Shown piece by piece: positions 36,869-51,839 of a stretch of DNA of 64,000 bases. Below the pieces are notes generated by a model that worked only from the letters and a program-made list of their open reading frames with translations, did not search any database and had not been told where the DNA came from. The position numbers and the translations under genes were made by a program. Origin of the DNA: Octopus sinensis (taxonomy: Eukaryota); NCBI RefSeq assembly GCF_006345805.1, contig NC_043025.1, positions 14,198,001 through 14,262,000 on the forward strand, given 5' to 3'. Position 1 is the stretch's first letter. Each line of letters starts with the position of its first letter.

Positions 36869-39435
36869 GATCAAGGGAGACCTCTGGTCTGTTCCAGCAG
36901 AGTTGCTATGGCCTGATGCCCTCCCTAACACCAACCACTTCACAGACGTCTTTGAGTACCGTTTTCTCTTCCTCTTTTGCACCGAAGAGGTGGAACCAGA
37001 AACTTCCCAGGCTAGTTCTGTAGCACACCAACAGATGGCAGCACATGACTGCATGTGCAGTGAGGGTTGGCTAAGTGACAACAAGAAATTTTGCGTCAAA
37101 CATGGGAAAAGTGTTCTACAGAGACATTGAACAAGCTTCACCGAGTTTATGGTGAGAAGGCAATGGATCACACGCAATGTTTTGAGTGGCAGGGGCACTT
37201 CAAGAGTCGAAGAACGTTCCTGGAAGATGTCGAGTGATCTGGAAGACATTCTACGAGTATCAGCCCCAGAAATTTGGTATTCTTTAACTCTTTTACTTGT
37301 TTCAGTCATGTGACTGTGGCCATGCTGGAGCACCGCCTTTAGTCGAGTAAATGAATCCCAGGACTTAGTCTTTGTAAGCCTAGTACTTATTCGTATTTCT
37401 TTATTGCCCACAAGGGGCTAAACACAGAGGGGGCAAACAAGGACAGACAAAGGGATCAAGTCGATTACATCGACCCCAGTGCATAACTGGTACTTAATTT
37501 ATCGACCCCGAAAGGATGAAAGGCAAAGTTGACCTCGGTAGAATTTGAACTCAGAGCGTAAGGGCAGATGAAATACCGCTAAGCATTTCATCCGGCGTGC
37601 TAACGTTTCTGCCAGCTTGCCACCTTATACATGCACACATGCATAAACACATATACACACACGCACATTCACATATACACGCAGCCACAATTATATACAT
37701 ATATATACTCATACATAGGCGCAGGAGTGGCTGTGTGGTAAGTAGCTTGGTTACCAACCACATGGTTCAGGGTTCAGTCCCACTGCGTGACACCATGGGC
37801 AAGTGTCTTCTTTTATAGCCTCGGGCCGACCAATGCCTTGTGAGTGGATTTGGTAGACGGAAACTGAAAGAAGCCCGTCGTATTTATGTATATATATGTA
37901 TGTGTGTGTGTATGTGTCTGTGTCTGTTTGTCCACCTAGCATCGCTTGACAACCGATGCTGGTGTGTTTACATCCCTGTCACTTAGCGGTTCAGCAAAAG
38001 AGACTGATAGAATAAGTACTGGGCTTACAAAAAGAATAAGTCCCGGGGTCGAGTTGCTCGATTAAAGGCGGTGCTCCAGCATGGCCGCAGTCAAATGACT
38101 GAAACAAGTAAAAGAGTATACATACATACACACATATGCGCACCCTAATAACACGATGCTCCACCAGATGTCCTACTGCAGGCCGTACTGCATAAACCCA
38201 TCCAGTGTTGCGCTATGCCACCACTACTTCCCCACATTGCATTGTGTTACACTGCCACACCATCCTACTCTCCTGGTTTTGCAGGCAATTGTAACAACAA
38301 CAATTTAATTTACTGGAAAAACAAAAAAGTTGTATGTCAGGTCTCGAGTGTGAGAAGGAGGAAGGGAAACGATGTGTGGGGGGAGGGGATCGGGACACAC
38401 GGACACACAGACATACAAAGTATACGTGCACACACACACACAGATACAAAGACATACAGAAATGTATACACAAAGCACATATAGACACACACACACATTC
38501 AGAGATGTGGAGATTGACAAAAATGATGACCACACATGTACCTATTTCTTTATTACCCACAAGGGGCTAAACACAGAGGGGACAAACAAGGATAGACATA
38601 GGTATTAAGTCGATTACATCGACCCCAGTGCATAACTGGTACTTAATTTATCGACCCCGAAAGGATGAAAGGCAAAGTTGACCTCGGCGGAATTTGAACT
38701 CACAACGTAACAGCAGCCGAAATACCGCTAAGCATTTCGCCCAACATGCTAACGATGCTGCCAGCTCGAAACGAATAATGCTAATTAAGAATACTAACAT
38801 AATGCAAATGCTAATTGTTTTGGTGTGTGACTTTTGGCCCACCCTGTGTGTGTGTTCACATTCGTGCATGTGTGAGAGCGTGTGCCTGTGGGGGTGGGGG
38901 TGGGGGACAGTTAGACATTTCTAAAATGCAACAAAGTATTTTGGTGCTTCAAGACCTGGGGGTGGAGGGTTTGGAAACGGAGCTACGAAATAATTCTTAA
39001 GAATGTTGGTCTGAGGCCAATATTTTGTTCTCTATTCTTTTAGAGGTGGGGGTGGGGTGGGTTAGTCAATGACATCACCCCCAACCCCCAGGGATCAACT
39101 GGTACTTACTCATTTTATCAGCCCCTAAAGGATGACTGGCAAAGAGCATCTTGGCAGAAACTGAACTCAGAGGGGAAAGAACAGGAAAAGCTGCCGAGCA
39201 ATTTTGACTGAAGCGTTAAGAATTTTGGCAGCCTGTCGACTTAATAATAATAATAACAACAACAACAATAATTTCTATTATAGGCACATGGCCTGAAATT
39301 TTTGGTACTTATTTAATCAACCCCGAAAGAAAGGCAAAGTCAACCGTGGCGAAATTTGAACTCAGGACATAGCACTAGATGAAATACCACTAAGCACTTC
39401 GCCTGGTGTGCTAACGATTCTGCCAGGTCACTGCT

Positions 39436-39467
<32 letters not shown>

Positions 39468-41804
39468 TTCTATCATAGGCACAAAGTCTGGAATATTAGT
39501 GGACCCCAGTGTGTAACTGGTACTTATTGACCCCTGAAAGGATGAAAGGTAAAGTTAGCCTCAATGCAATTTGAACTCAGAACATCAAGATGAATGAAAT
39601 GCCACTAGGCATTTTAGCCCATGGGCTAACAGTTCTGCAAACTCACCATTTAGACACCACCACCACCAACAACAACAGCTGTGGAGGCACAATGGCCCAG
39701 TGGGCGTAAGACTCATGGTCATAAGAACGCGGTTTTGATTCCCAGGCGAGCTGGCAGAATCATTAGCACATCGGGCGAAATGCTCAGCAGTATTTCGTCT
39801 GTCGCTACGTTCTGAGTTCAAATTCCACTGAAGTTGACTTTGCCTTTCATCCTTTCGGGGTCGATTAAATAAGTACCAGTTACGCACTGAGGTCAATATG
39901 ATCGACTTAATCCGTTTGTCTGTCCTTGTTTGTCCCTTCTGTGTTTAGCCCCTTGTGGGTAGTAAAGAAATACGTTTTGATTCCCAGACCAAGCGTTGTG
40001 AGTATTTATTAAGCAAAAACACCTAAGCTCCACGAGGCTCCGGCGGGAAGGGGTGCTGAATCCCACTGTACTCTTTCACCACAACTTTCTCTCACTCTTT
40101 CTTCCTACTTCTGCCACAAAGCAGAAGAACCATGGTGTAACCCACTATGGTGTGGTAAACTTTCAGACCCTCGTCAAGATTGCGACTCCTCTGTAACCCA
40201 GGATGGTTCAGCTCTCCACCCATTAAAAAAAGCTACCATTTACGAAATGAGGATAACAACGTAGCTTTCGCGCCCGTACAATCTCCAGTCTATCAGGTGT
40301 GGTGGGTGGATCTTCAAGTTGCCACACGTATTCTTAGTAGCTTAGAGTAGGATCGAATTAGAGATTATTCTTTGTGGCTAATGGCGTGAGTCCTGATCGG
40401 AAGAAGAACAACAGTTTCTGATTTAGGTGCAAAGCCAGTAGTTTGAGGTGGGTGGGAGGGGCAGGAGCGAGTTGGTTACACTGATGTCTTGTAAATGTTG
40501 TGTTGAGGTTTTTAAAGTAAATACTTAATTAAATACTCTGTCCCAAGTTCCAGGGCTCATAGGGTTGGTTTGCTTGTTTCTTGTTTCCAGGACACCATCT
40601 TTGACAGTGTGACCCATTTACAGCCAAGTGGAATGGAACAGTGAAACGAAATGTTTTGCCTAAGAGCACAACCAAAGCCACACCGCCCGGTCCCAGGACG
40701 GAAACTACGATCATACAATCATGAAAGCAACACTAACTACCGGGCCAAGCACCTTCAATCCACCCACAGTAGCTGTCATATAATCAAAGGGTGGGCCCCA
40801 TGGTGGGAATGGGCAATACAGAGAACCAATCAACCAAAGTCTGCTTCATATGTATTTTATTTATCAAATCTTGATTGGACGAAAAGCAACACTGATGTCC
40901 GAGGGACCAGAGGGCTGGTGTAAACACCACAAGGCATTCTGTATGGTCCTCTAACGATCCTGTCACATTTACACTGAATGAATGATCAAACCAAAGTATA
41001 TACATAGGCAGAAGTATGGCTATGTGGTAAAAAATCTTGCTTCCCAACCACATGGTTCTGGGTTCTATTACACTGTGTGGTACCTTGTGTGTGTGTGTGT
41101 AATTTTTTGGACTAGTGGGTATTAGTCAATTAGTTTGTGGAGTAAAGAATGTTCACAGTCGGATCTACTTCATCAATTACTATCAGACAAACAGACAGAC
41201 AGATAGATATAGGCGCTGGAGTGGCTGTGTGACAAGACGCTTGCTTACCAACCACCTGGTTCTGGGTTCAGTCCCACTGCATGGCACCTTGGGCAAGTGT
41301 CTTCTACTAATAACCTCAGGCCGACCAAAGCCTTGTGAGTGGATTTGGTAGACGGAAACCGAAGGAATCCCATCGTGTATATGTGTGTGTGTGTGTGTAT
41401 GTATATATATATATATATATAATTTTCTAGCCATTTTTCCATGTATATCTGTGCATATGAACATATGTGTGAATATCATATAATTTTATAGCCATTTTCA
41501 TGTGTAAATGTGTCTACTTGTGGATAAATAAATAAATACATATATATATATATATAGTTTTATGGCTGTTTTAAAAGTATGTGTGTGTGTATATATGTAT
41601 ATAGTTTTATGGTCTATCATGTGTACATGCGCATGCTTCTACACATGTATATAATTTGATACATATGTTGTTTTATAGCCAGTTCGTTTTCCATGCTACA
41701 TGTGTGGATGAGTGCATATATGTATTTATACATATATATCGTTAGTAAAAAAAACACATCTGAAAGAAGAAGCACACTCTAAGCTGTAGAGCAATATATA
41801 TATA

Positions 41805-42020
41805 TTAAAAATGGGGTAGGTCGGTTTATGGGGTTACCTTGGATTTCCCATCCATCAAGGGTTTAATTTTATGGCGTATCATCAGATCATAAAAACCTGT
41901 TGTCCCAAGATCTCTTAAAAATACGGAGGTCTTGGGCCAACAGATTTTTGGGATCAGCTAAACCCTTTATGGTTGGGAAACCTAAGATAATCCCATAAAC
42001 CGGCTTTCCCCCATTGTTAA
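41805..42020. mobile_element. ~216-bp imperfect palindrome (foldback/MITE-like)
   Basis: Outer arms CGGTTTATGGGGTTACCTTGGATTTCCCATCCATCAAGGGTTTA and TAAACCCTTTATGGTTGGGAAACCTAAGATAATCCCATAAACCG; inner arms AAAAACCTGTTGTCCCAAGATCTC and GAGGTCTTGGGCCAACAGATTTTT. Confidence 0.75.
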
Positions 42021-42326
42021 TGCGTGTGTGTGTGTGTGTGTAACTATTTGGTCTTTGGGTATATGTCTGTTAGTATGTTGATTAAAGCCCATCCGCCGTT
42101 TTCGGCTACCTGATGTCATCCACAATTACAATATAATTTTCAATGGAGCTACATCAGGAAATCCGCAGTGTTTGTTGAGTTTATAACTGATGAAGGAACA
42201 CAACTGGATGCAGAATATCCTACCCGAGGGGTAGCTGTCGGATGGGTCCGAATGATCATCATGTTGGATAAAGATTCGTAGTAAATCCATTTTCCATTTC
42301 CTTCATCAATTAAATATGTATATATG

Positions 42327-42376
<50 letters not shown>

Positions 42377-42490
42377 CTATATACATATATATATATATAT
42401 ATACATACATATATACATACATACATACATATATATACATACATACATACATATATACATACATACATACATATATACATACATACATAC

Positions 42491-42526
<36 letters not shown>

Positions 42527-42631
42527 TAAATTTGGATTTATTCCCTAATATTATTATTATTTGCATATATATTTTTGTGCATCACAAAAGAAAAATGAAA
42601 AATCACTCCACTTTTCGTATCTCTCTCACTA

Positions 42632-42683
<52 letters not shown>

Positions 42684-43941
42684 TACATGCATATATAAAC
42701 AGTTAATAAACACACACACTCATTTTTAAAACCTTCAATTACCTCAATCCCAGCCCCGTTTCTCGTAAACCAACATCCTGCAACGAGCAGGCCGTGCTGA
42801 CCCACAGACCAAAGCGCAGGTATGGCTGTGTGACAAGAGGCTTGCTTCCCAACCACATGGTTCTGGGTACAGTCCTGCTGTGTGACACCTTAGGCAGGTG
42901 TCTTCCACTATAGCCTCAGGCCGATCAAAGACTTGTGAGTAGATCAGGTAGACGGAAACTGAAAGAAGCCCATCGTACATATAATATATATGTATGTCTG
43001 TGTGTCCATATCTGCATGTGTGAGTGTGTGTGTGTCCATATTTGTATGTGTTTGTGTGTGTATATATATATATATATACATATGTATGTATACAAACAGA
43101 TACAGGCGCGGCTGTATGGTAAAAAGCTTGCTTCCCAACCACATTGTTCTGGGTTCAGTCCCACTGTGTGACACTTTGGACAAATGTCTTCAACTATAGA
43201 CTTGGGCTGACCAAAGCCTTGTGAGTGGATTTGGTAAGGCCATTGTATGTCTTTGTGCCTGTATGTATATGTGTGTGTGTGTATATATATATATGTATAT
43301 TATATATATATATATATATAGATGGTGTTGATGTATTTGCATCCTTGTAATGTAGCTATTTGGTAAACACAGCCGATAGAGAATGTGCCAGGCTTAAAAG
43401 AAAAACTCAAGTCCTGGGGTCGATACATTCGACTAAAAATTCTTCAAAGCGTTGCCCCAGCATGGCCACAGTCTAAAACCCAAAACAAGTAAAGAATAAA
43501 AGACAGGAAAAAAAAAAGGACTGCAATAAAATAAACGGCTTCTCTATTAAACCAGGAAAAAAAAAACCCACTCTGGCCACAAGTGACCCACAGCCTAAAC
43601 CACCCCACCATCGACCAATAAAATACATAACCACTCTTCTATGAAACATAACGCTAATAATTAATGTCGGGTAAGAGTAATTTAATGTCGTTAACACTAC
43701 CTCGTTAAGGTCCAGCATGTTGGTGGAGTTTTTAAAGTCACAGCTGAGATTCTTTTTTTTTTTTTTTTTTTTGCTCTCTCTGTAAAAATCCTGTCTCTTT
43801 AAAAGTACTTGAAAAGCCGAGGGGTTGGTGGTGACGTCCTCGTTTGTTGTGTGACTCAACACTTACTAAACAACTTTGCCTACCACCACCACCACCACTG
43901 CTACCACCACCTCCGCCACAGTCTCTACTGTTATTGCTCTG

Positions 43942-43974
<33 letters not shown>

Positions 43975-46048
43975 TTACAATCACAAGTTCTGTTGCTTAT
44001 AGTACCATTACCACCACTACTACCACCACCACCACCACCACCACCACAATAGCACCACTCCCTTCGCTGTTCAACTTTTTAACACACACACACACACACA
44101 TGTATACACACACATATACATGTACACACACAGACATATGCTCTACATAAATACACTCACATATACACATACAGAGACATATGTACAAAACACATTACAT
44201 AGGTCCACATCCATGCACACACACACACACAGATTCATGTACACACGCATATACACACACACACACACAGATTCATGTACACACGCATACACACACACAC
44301 AAACTCTTTAATTCTTTAACTAGATTCAGCTGCAGAACTGGCCATACTGTAGCACCACCATTGTGTGTGTGTGTGTGTTATATTATAATCAAGGCTAAAA
44401 TCTTTGTTCATCCCCCTCCCACCCCGCTTTCAGCCCTTGACTCTTTACCTCTTCCTTTCCCTCCTGCTCTTACACCATTATCCCATTCTCCCCCCCTCTC
44501 TCTCTCCCCTTCTTCATGTCATATTGTTTCCCCTTCCCTTTCTCTCTCCCCTCTCCTCTCCACACCAACGAACATCTCCCTTCTCTCTCTCCTCTTTCTG
44601 CTTTCCCCTCCTTTCATCCACACACTCCACACTCTCTCTCTATCTTCTCTCCTTCTCTCTCCCTTTCACTTACATCACACTGTCAGTCCCCCTCCCTCCC
44701 TCTCTCTCTCTCTGCTTTCCCTTTCCTCTTGCTCCTACACTACACTCCCCTTCTCTCTCTCTGCTTATTTATTTTCCTCCCCCTTCATATCATACTTCCT
44801 TTCTCTCTCTCTCTCTCTCTCTCTGCTTTCACTCACATTATACTGTCAATCAATCACTCTCTCTCCCTCTCTCTTACCTTTCTGCCTTCCCCTACCTCCT
44901 GCTCCTACACTATACTCCCCATCTATCTCCCCCTACCTTCGCCTCATACTCTTTTCCCTTTCACTTACATCACACTGTCTATCTCCTCCCCCTCTCTCTC
45001 TCTCCAATGCACATCACCCTTTCCCTCTCTTTCAACCTCCATTCTATGTCAGTCTATCTCCCTCTCTTTCTCTACCCCAACGACTCTCTCTCTCTCTCTC
45101 TCCCTCCCCCTCCATTCTATCTAACAGTCTGTCCGTCTCTGTCTGTCTGTCTGTCCGTCCCCCTACCTTCTCCCCCCCCCCATGTCACACAGTTTCCTTC
45201 ACTTCAAACAACCAGTCACCAGCCGGCTGCGAAATGCCATCAAAAATACAAGAATTAGCTAAGAACACCCCACCACCCCCACCCCCACCCTGCTCCCACA
45301 CAAGACAACACACTCCACCACCACTGCACCCCACCACACACACACCCACACACCTCATCACCATTGCTACACTGCAACCAGCCACATTAGAAAAAGAATT
45401 GCGGTGGTGACAGGTACACCAACAGTGTGTATGTCTGGAGGTGCAACATGGACCATTTTCTATCATTTTCTTGTTTCAGTCATTGGACTGTGCCCATGCT
45501 GGGGCACCACCTCGAAGAATTTATGGTTGAAAGTACATTTTTTTAAAGCCTGGTATTTACTCTATCAATCACTGCTAAGTTACAGGGACATAAACACACC
45601 AACACTGGTTGCCAAGTGGAGACAAACACAGATATATACAGGTATATATACATATATGATGGGCATCTAACAGTTTCTGTTTTATCTGTCAGTCATTTGA
45701 CTGTGGCCTGAGGCTACAGTAGAAGACACTTGCCCAAGGTGAACCCGGATCCATGTGGTTGGTAAGCAAGCTATTTACCACACAGCCACACTTGCGCTTA
45801 TATATATATCTATTTCTTTACTACCCACAAGGGGCTAAACACAGAGGGGACAAACAAGGACAGACACACCGATTAAGTCGATTATATCGACCCCCAGTAC
45901 ATAACTGGTACTTATTTAATCGACCTTGAAAGGATGAAAGGCAAAGTCGACCTTGGTGGAATTTGAACTCAGAACGTAACGGCAGATGAAATACGGCTAC
46001 GCATTTCGCCCGGCGTGCTAACGTTTCTGCCAGCTCGCCGTTAAAGGT

Positions 46049-46083
<35 letters not shown>

Positions 46084-46344
46084 ATACACACACACACACA
46101 CACATGATGTGCTTCTTTCAGCTTTTGTTTACTAAATCCACTCACAAGGATTTGGTTGCCCTGAGGCTATAGAAGACACTTGCTCAAGGTGCCATGCAAT
46201 AGAACTGAACCCAGAACCATGTAGTTGGGAAGCAAGCTACTTACCACACAGCCACTCCTGTGCTTATATATATATATTATCGCTATGGACTCCGTGTGGG
46301 CAGTCATCTAAGAGTTTTTGTTCATCTTGATGCTGACATAAGTT

Positions 46345-46439
46345 CCTTGTCTTTCCTGATGAGAAGGCGGCATAATGCACCCCTTATTCCTTCGAAATTA
46401 GGAATATGCAGCCTTCGAAACATATGTCGAGAATAAAGG
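46345..46439 (+). ncRNA. Type I hammerhead ribozyme motif, same family as 786-880
   Basis: CTGATGA (46356-62), GAAGGC/GCCTTC perfect helix II base, GAAA (46417-20), CATATG, TC (predicted cut after 46428). Confidence 0.7.
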
Positions 46440-48029
46440 AATTTTGTTAAATCGTCGTTTAACTCCATTCTTTCATTTATTTGTATTAAAAAAAACACAC
46501 AAATTTCCACACGAAAGCACGTGATCTCTGCCCTTGGCATGTAGCTTCAACCGTGTTTTTCTGACGTGAATTTGCTACCCAGGTATCGGTTAACCGAATT
46601 ATCCATACTAGGATAATTCATTCAACTACTTAAACATATATATATATATATGTATATATATATACACACACACACACACACAATGGGCTTCTTTCAGTTT
46701 CCGTCTACCAAATCTACTCAGAATGCTTCAGTTGGGTCAAGGTCATAGTAGAAGACACTTGCTGACGGTTCCACGCAGCATTGAGGATGAAGGAAGCCAG
46801 CTCAACCCACCCCGGGTGGATGCTGTCTCAAGAAGAAGAACAAGACACCTGACAGTCCAGTTCATAATAATAAAAAAGACCAGACCAGGAGGGTGTGATT
46901 TGAGGGGGATCTGGGTGCTGTTTCTACCAGATCTAGCTACCATGTAGATGTTTTGCTACTGTCTTAAAGAGATGTCATGTTGTATAATGCAACCCAAAGC
47001 TGGAGTGTTTTTAATTGTCTGTTTGCTCCATTAGGTTTTACCTGAGGTTAAACAAGGAAAATATGAGGAAGGTGGGAAGCCAGACACACGTGTGGGGTGG
47101 GGGGTGAGAAGGGTGCGTGTGTGTGTGTGAAGTGTGTGTGTGTGAGAGGATGAGGATGTGTGTGTGTGTGATGGTGTGTATGTGATGGTGTGTGTGCAAG
47201 TGTGTGTGTGTGTGTGAGTGTTTATGTGTGTGAGGATGTGAAGGTGTGTGTGAGGGTGTATGTGTGATGGTGTGTATGTGAGGGTGTGTGTGAAGGTGTA
47301 TGTGTGTGAGGACGTGTGAGAGGGTGCGTGCAAGGGTGTGTGAGGGTGTTTATGTGTGCAAGTGTGTGTGTGTGTGAGTATTTATATGTGTGTGTATGTG
47401 TGTGTGTGCATGAGTGTGTGTGTGCATGAGGGTGTTTTTGTGTGTGTGTGTGTGTGTGTGTGGTTCGTGTGTATGTGAGTGTGTCTGTGAAGGTGTGTGT
47501 GTGCGTGCGTGAGGGTGTTTGTGTGTGTGTGTGGTTTGTGTGTGTGTCTGTGAAGGTGTGTGTGTGTGTGTGAGAGTGAGATGTAGGCAGATATATTCTC
47601 TCAATCACTTATAAAACAACAAGATACGTGTACAGATGCTGAATGCGTCAGGAAGAAGAAGAATTCAACATCTTCACCCTTATGGTCGAGGGGTAGGGTA
47701 GGGGTGAGCCAGATGTTCGCGGCAGGGGGTTGTGGTGGGGGGGTGGGGGAGGCGCAGGGAGAAAGGGTTCTTCTGTTAAACCCATAATGCTAAAATGCCT
47801 GAAAGTGACACTGGCACCCATCCACCCACCCCTAATACTGTTGCCACCCCTATCAAGACAAACAGCTACAATCTCTACACTTTCACCCTTATTGGCAATA
47901 GCAGTTGCACCACCATCCACCCCTGACACAGCTTCCGCCATCGCCCACTGCGAACAACATCTCCGTAACCATGGATCGCTACCACACACCACCATCATGG
48001 TCAGGTCATTGATAGAGGCATCGGCACTG

Positions 48030-48340
48030 CCCACCATCATCATCATCAGCATCAATGCCAACGTCACTACCTCCACTAACACCATCTTTATTACCACCAC
48101 CACCACCACCATCAGCAACATCACCATCATTACCACCATCATCATCACCACCACCACCACCACCACCATCAGCAACATCACCATCATTACCACCATCATC
48201 ATCATTACCACCACCAACATCTCCATCACCACCACCATCATCATTACCACCACCACCACCACCACCACCATCAGCAATATCTCCATCACCACCATCATCA
48301 TCATCACCAACATCTCCACCACCACCACCACCACCATAAA
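48030..48340. repeat. Compound (ACC/ATC)n trinucleotide tract
   Basis: Visible triplet periodicity; overlapping ORFs are low-complexity. Confidence 0.9.
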
Positions 48341-51300
48341 GTCATTGCTACCAGCATCATCACCATCATCGGCAGAAACATCTACCCCCCCCCATCATCA
48401 CAAATTGCCACCACCCCTGGAATCAATATTGCCAACATCACCTCCACCACCATCATCATCAACATCAACAATGCCAGCATCTCCACCACCACCACCACCA
48501 CCATCATCAATGCTAGCATCACCACCACAACCATACATCGCTACCACACAAACCACCCCACTGCCACAACCGTCCCTATTGCCAACACCTACACCTCCAA
48601 CATCCACCCTACTGTCAACATGACTGCCTCCACCACCACCACCACACACTGCTAACCCCTACCCCCAACCCCTTCACCCACGTCCCAGCTGACTTCCTTT
48701 TATAGTCATTAAAAGCTCTCCCTTGGTTGTCTAGTTCACAGCATCTCTGCACACACACACACAAACAGTCATTGGTTCCTATTTAGGGGACCTATTTATT
48801 TAGGGAGCAATCTATGTAGAGCCCTATTTATGCAAAGGACCCAGCTATTTAAACACCTATTTAGGGAAGTTCATTTAGACAGCTATTCTTATAGGGACTA
48901 ATTTAGAAATCTATTTAGGGACCAATTTATTTCAGGACCTACATATTCAGGGACCCAGATATTTGAAAACATGGAAATGGCTGTGTGGTGAAGAAGTTCC
49001 CTTTCCGACCACGTGGTTTCAGGTTCACTCCCACAGCATGGCACCTTGAGCAAGTGTCCTCTGCAACAGTCCATCCAAAACGATGGGAGTAGATTTGGTA
49101 GACAGAAACTGAAAGAAGCCCATCATATATATATATATAAGGCGGCGAGCTGGCAGAATCGTTAGCATGACGGGCGAAATGCATAGCCGTATTTCGTCTG
49201 ACGTTACGTTCTGAGTTCAAATTCCGCCGAGGTCGACTTTGCCTTTCATCCTTTCGGGGTCGATAAATTAAGGACCAGTTACGCACTGGGGTCGATATAA
49301 TCATCTTAATTCGTTTGTCTGTCCTTGTTTGTCCCCTCTGTGTTTAGCCCCTTGTGGGTAGTACAGAAACATATTATATATATATATCACGTGATCACGT
49401 GACCGACCAGACCATCAGATGTTGTTACACATCGCTGGTCACAATGCGTTCGCATTGTTTTAGCCTTCAAATGATGCCACCCCGCTGGCTAAGCGAGCAG
49501 GCCAACAGAAGAAAGAGTGGGAGAAAGAGTGGTGAAAGAGTACAGCAGGGATCACCACCCCCTGCCGGAGCCTCGTGGAGCTTTTAGGTGTTTTCGCTCA
49601 ATAAACACACACAACGCCCGGTCTGGGAATCGAAACCGCGATCCTGCGACCGCGAGTCCGCTGCCCTAACCACTGGGCCATTGCGCCTCCACACACATAT
49701 ATATATATCTTTATGCAGGATTAATTCAAAACAATGCGGATAAGTAAGGATTCCCGTCCAACCCATGCCAGCATGGACAACAGACGTTAAATGATGATGA
49801 TTTAACAAAGAAATATGAATGCAAAAGGGTTCAGGTGTAATTGGAGGGGGAATTTCGCTGCTATTTCAAACAGGTCAGCTGACAACATAGAGGTCCCGTA
49901 CATGTTTACAGCAAAACTAAGGTAAACATAGCCAAGTCCCAGAGACACACTACTGCCCATGGTGTGATGCGAACTAGCCATCACATTGAGAGGAATATAT
50001 ACATTACAGCCAGGCCCCAGGGAGAATACACTGTCTACAGCGTGACGTGAACTATCACCCAGAGGAAGATGAACATTACTTTGGTGTCCCTAACTCACTC
50101 CCTTCCTGAGACTAATGTAAACATCATAAATACATTTTTTGGGCCCCTGAAGCTGTAAATGGGCCACACTGTGAGGTGAACCAGTGTGGTAAAGATCTTT
50201 ACTGTGTCCCAGAGAGAGAGAATACAATGCCCTCAGTGTGACGTGAACTCACCATCCCAATGACACCAAGTCTGTTGAAGAAGAGATTAGAAGAGAACAA
50301 GGAAGTATTTGTAGTGGAGAGGAGTGGGATGGGAGAGGAGGTGGGGAGGAGAGAGACTGGCCGGATAGGAGTGGTAGCCACTAGATATATATACATATAC
50401 ACACACATATATATACACACACATACTCTTTTACTTGTTTCAGTCATTTGACTGTGGCCATGCTGGAGCACCGCCTTTAGTCGAGCAGATCGACCCCAGG
50501 ACTTATTCTTTTGTAAGCCTAGTACTTATTTTATCAGTCTCTTTTGCCGAACTGCTAAGTTACGGCGACGGAAACATACCACCATCAGTTGTCAAGCGAT
50601 GTTGGGGGGGACAAACACAGACACACAAACATATACACACACACATACATACATATATATATATATATATACATATACACGGCAGGCTTCTTTCAGCTTC
50701 CGTCTACCAAATCCACTCACAAGGCTTTGGTCGGCCCGGGGCTATAGCAGAAGACACTTGCCCAAGTTGCCACGCAGTGGGACTGAACCCGGAACCATGT
50801 GGTTCGTAAGCAAGCTACTTACCACACAGCCACTCCTGCACCTGTATGTGTGTATATATATATATATATATTATATATATATATATATGTATATATATAC
50901 ATATACTTACATATATATACACACATGTATGCCACACACACACACATATACACCACCACTGCCACAGAGACCCCTATGGGTGGTTTTATGGTCGATTGCG
51001 ACACTACAAGTATTTTCCTGACCCTGAAAGAATGAAAGGGAAATGTGAGAGACTGGTGGGATTTGAACTCGGCATGTAACGGTAAAGGGAGCAGCATGGA
51101 GAGTAAATACCACTTTGGCAGGTCCTTTGATGTGATCCCTCTCACTCTCTCCCTGGCAATTGTAATTTGCTAAATATCACAGGCAAGAAGGGGGGGGAGA
51201 CAAAGAGAGAGGGTGTGTGCGTGCATGTATGTGTGTGTATATGTGTATATATGCGTGTCTGTTAGTGCATGTATGTGTATGCATGTGTGTGCGTATGTGT

Positions 51301-51839
51301 GTGCATATGTGAGTGTGTGTGTATGTGCGTGCGTGTATGTATGTGTGCATATATGTAGGTGTGCATGTGTGTGTACATGTGCATGTATGTATGTGCGTGT
51401 GTTTCTGTACAGGTACATGTATGTACAGGTGTGCGTGCATGATTGTCTTGTCTGTATGTGTGCGGTGTGACCGCGTGGGAGGGCAACAGTAAAGGTGAGA
51501 CAAAGAGCAGTTGTGTGCACACGTGCGTGTGCATTTGCGCATGTGTAAGGCAGGGAGCCAGTTGGTGATGGGAATACATAGGGAAGTCATTGTGATCGTG
51601 TTGGAGGAGGGGACGACATGTTCAGAAAGGCTGAAAAAGCGCAGAATAAAATTATTGGGAAGGAAGAGGAAGTAGAGAAAGAAGAAGGAAGAGAGAGGAA
51701 GGGAGAGGAAAAAAGAAGAGAAGGGGGAAGAGAGAGAGGAGAGAGGCGAAAGATGGGGAGATGAGAAGCAAAAGTCACGGGGGGAGAGCAAGGGTCGAAA
51801 AATTGGGAATTAAAAGATCAGGGGTGGGAGAGTTGAAGA

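Noticed and set aside
36860-37411. 183-aa minus-strand ORF
   Set aside because: Chimeric across SINE fragments and a possibly decayed LINE piece; no domain motif recognised.
42180-42265. CTGATGA..TCCGAATGATCATC hammerhead-like trace
   Set aside because: GAAA incomplete and helix I does not pair.
44181-45410. 409-aa and 284-aa plus-strand ORFs
   Set aside because: CT/CA-rich low-complexity DNA that lacks stops by composition.
47648-48649. ORFs over the ACC/ATC tract and a tttcag acceptor near 47800
   Set aside because: Low complexity; use of the acceptor in the required phase 1 hits TAA after six codons, and there is no good donor.
51587-51630. Strong-looking acceptor (tttttcag) giving ..FLNMSSPPPTRSQ*
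   Set aside because: In-frame stop after about 14 codons and no convincing donor; a cryptic site cannot be told from a poison exon without RNA data.
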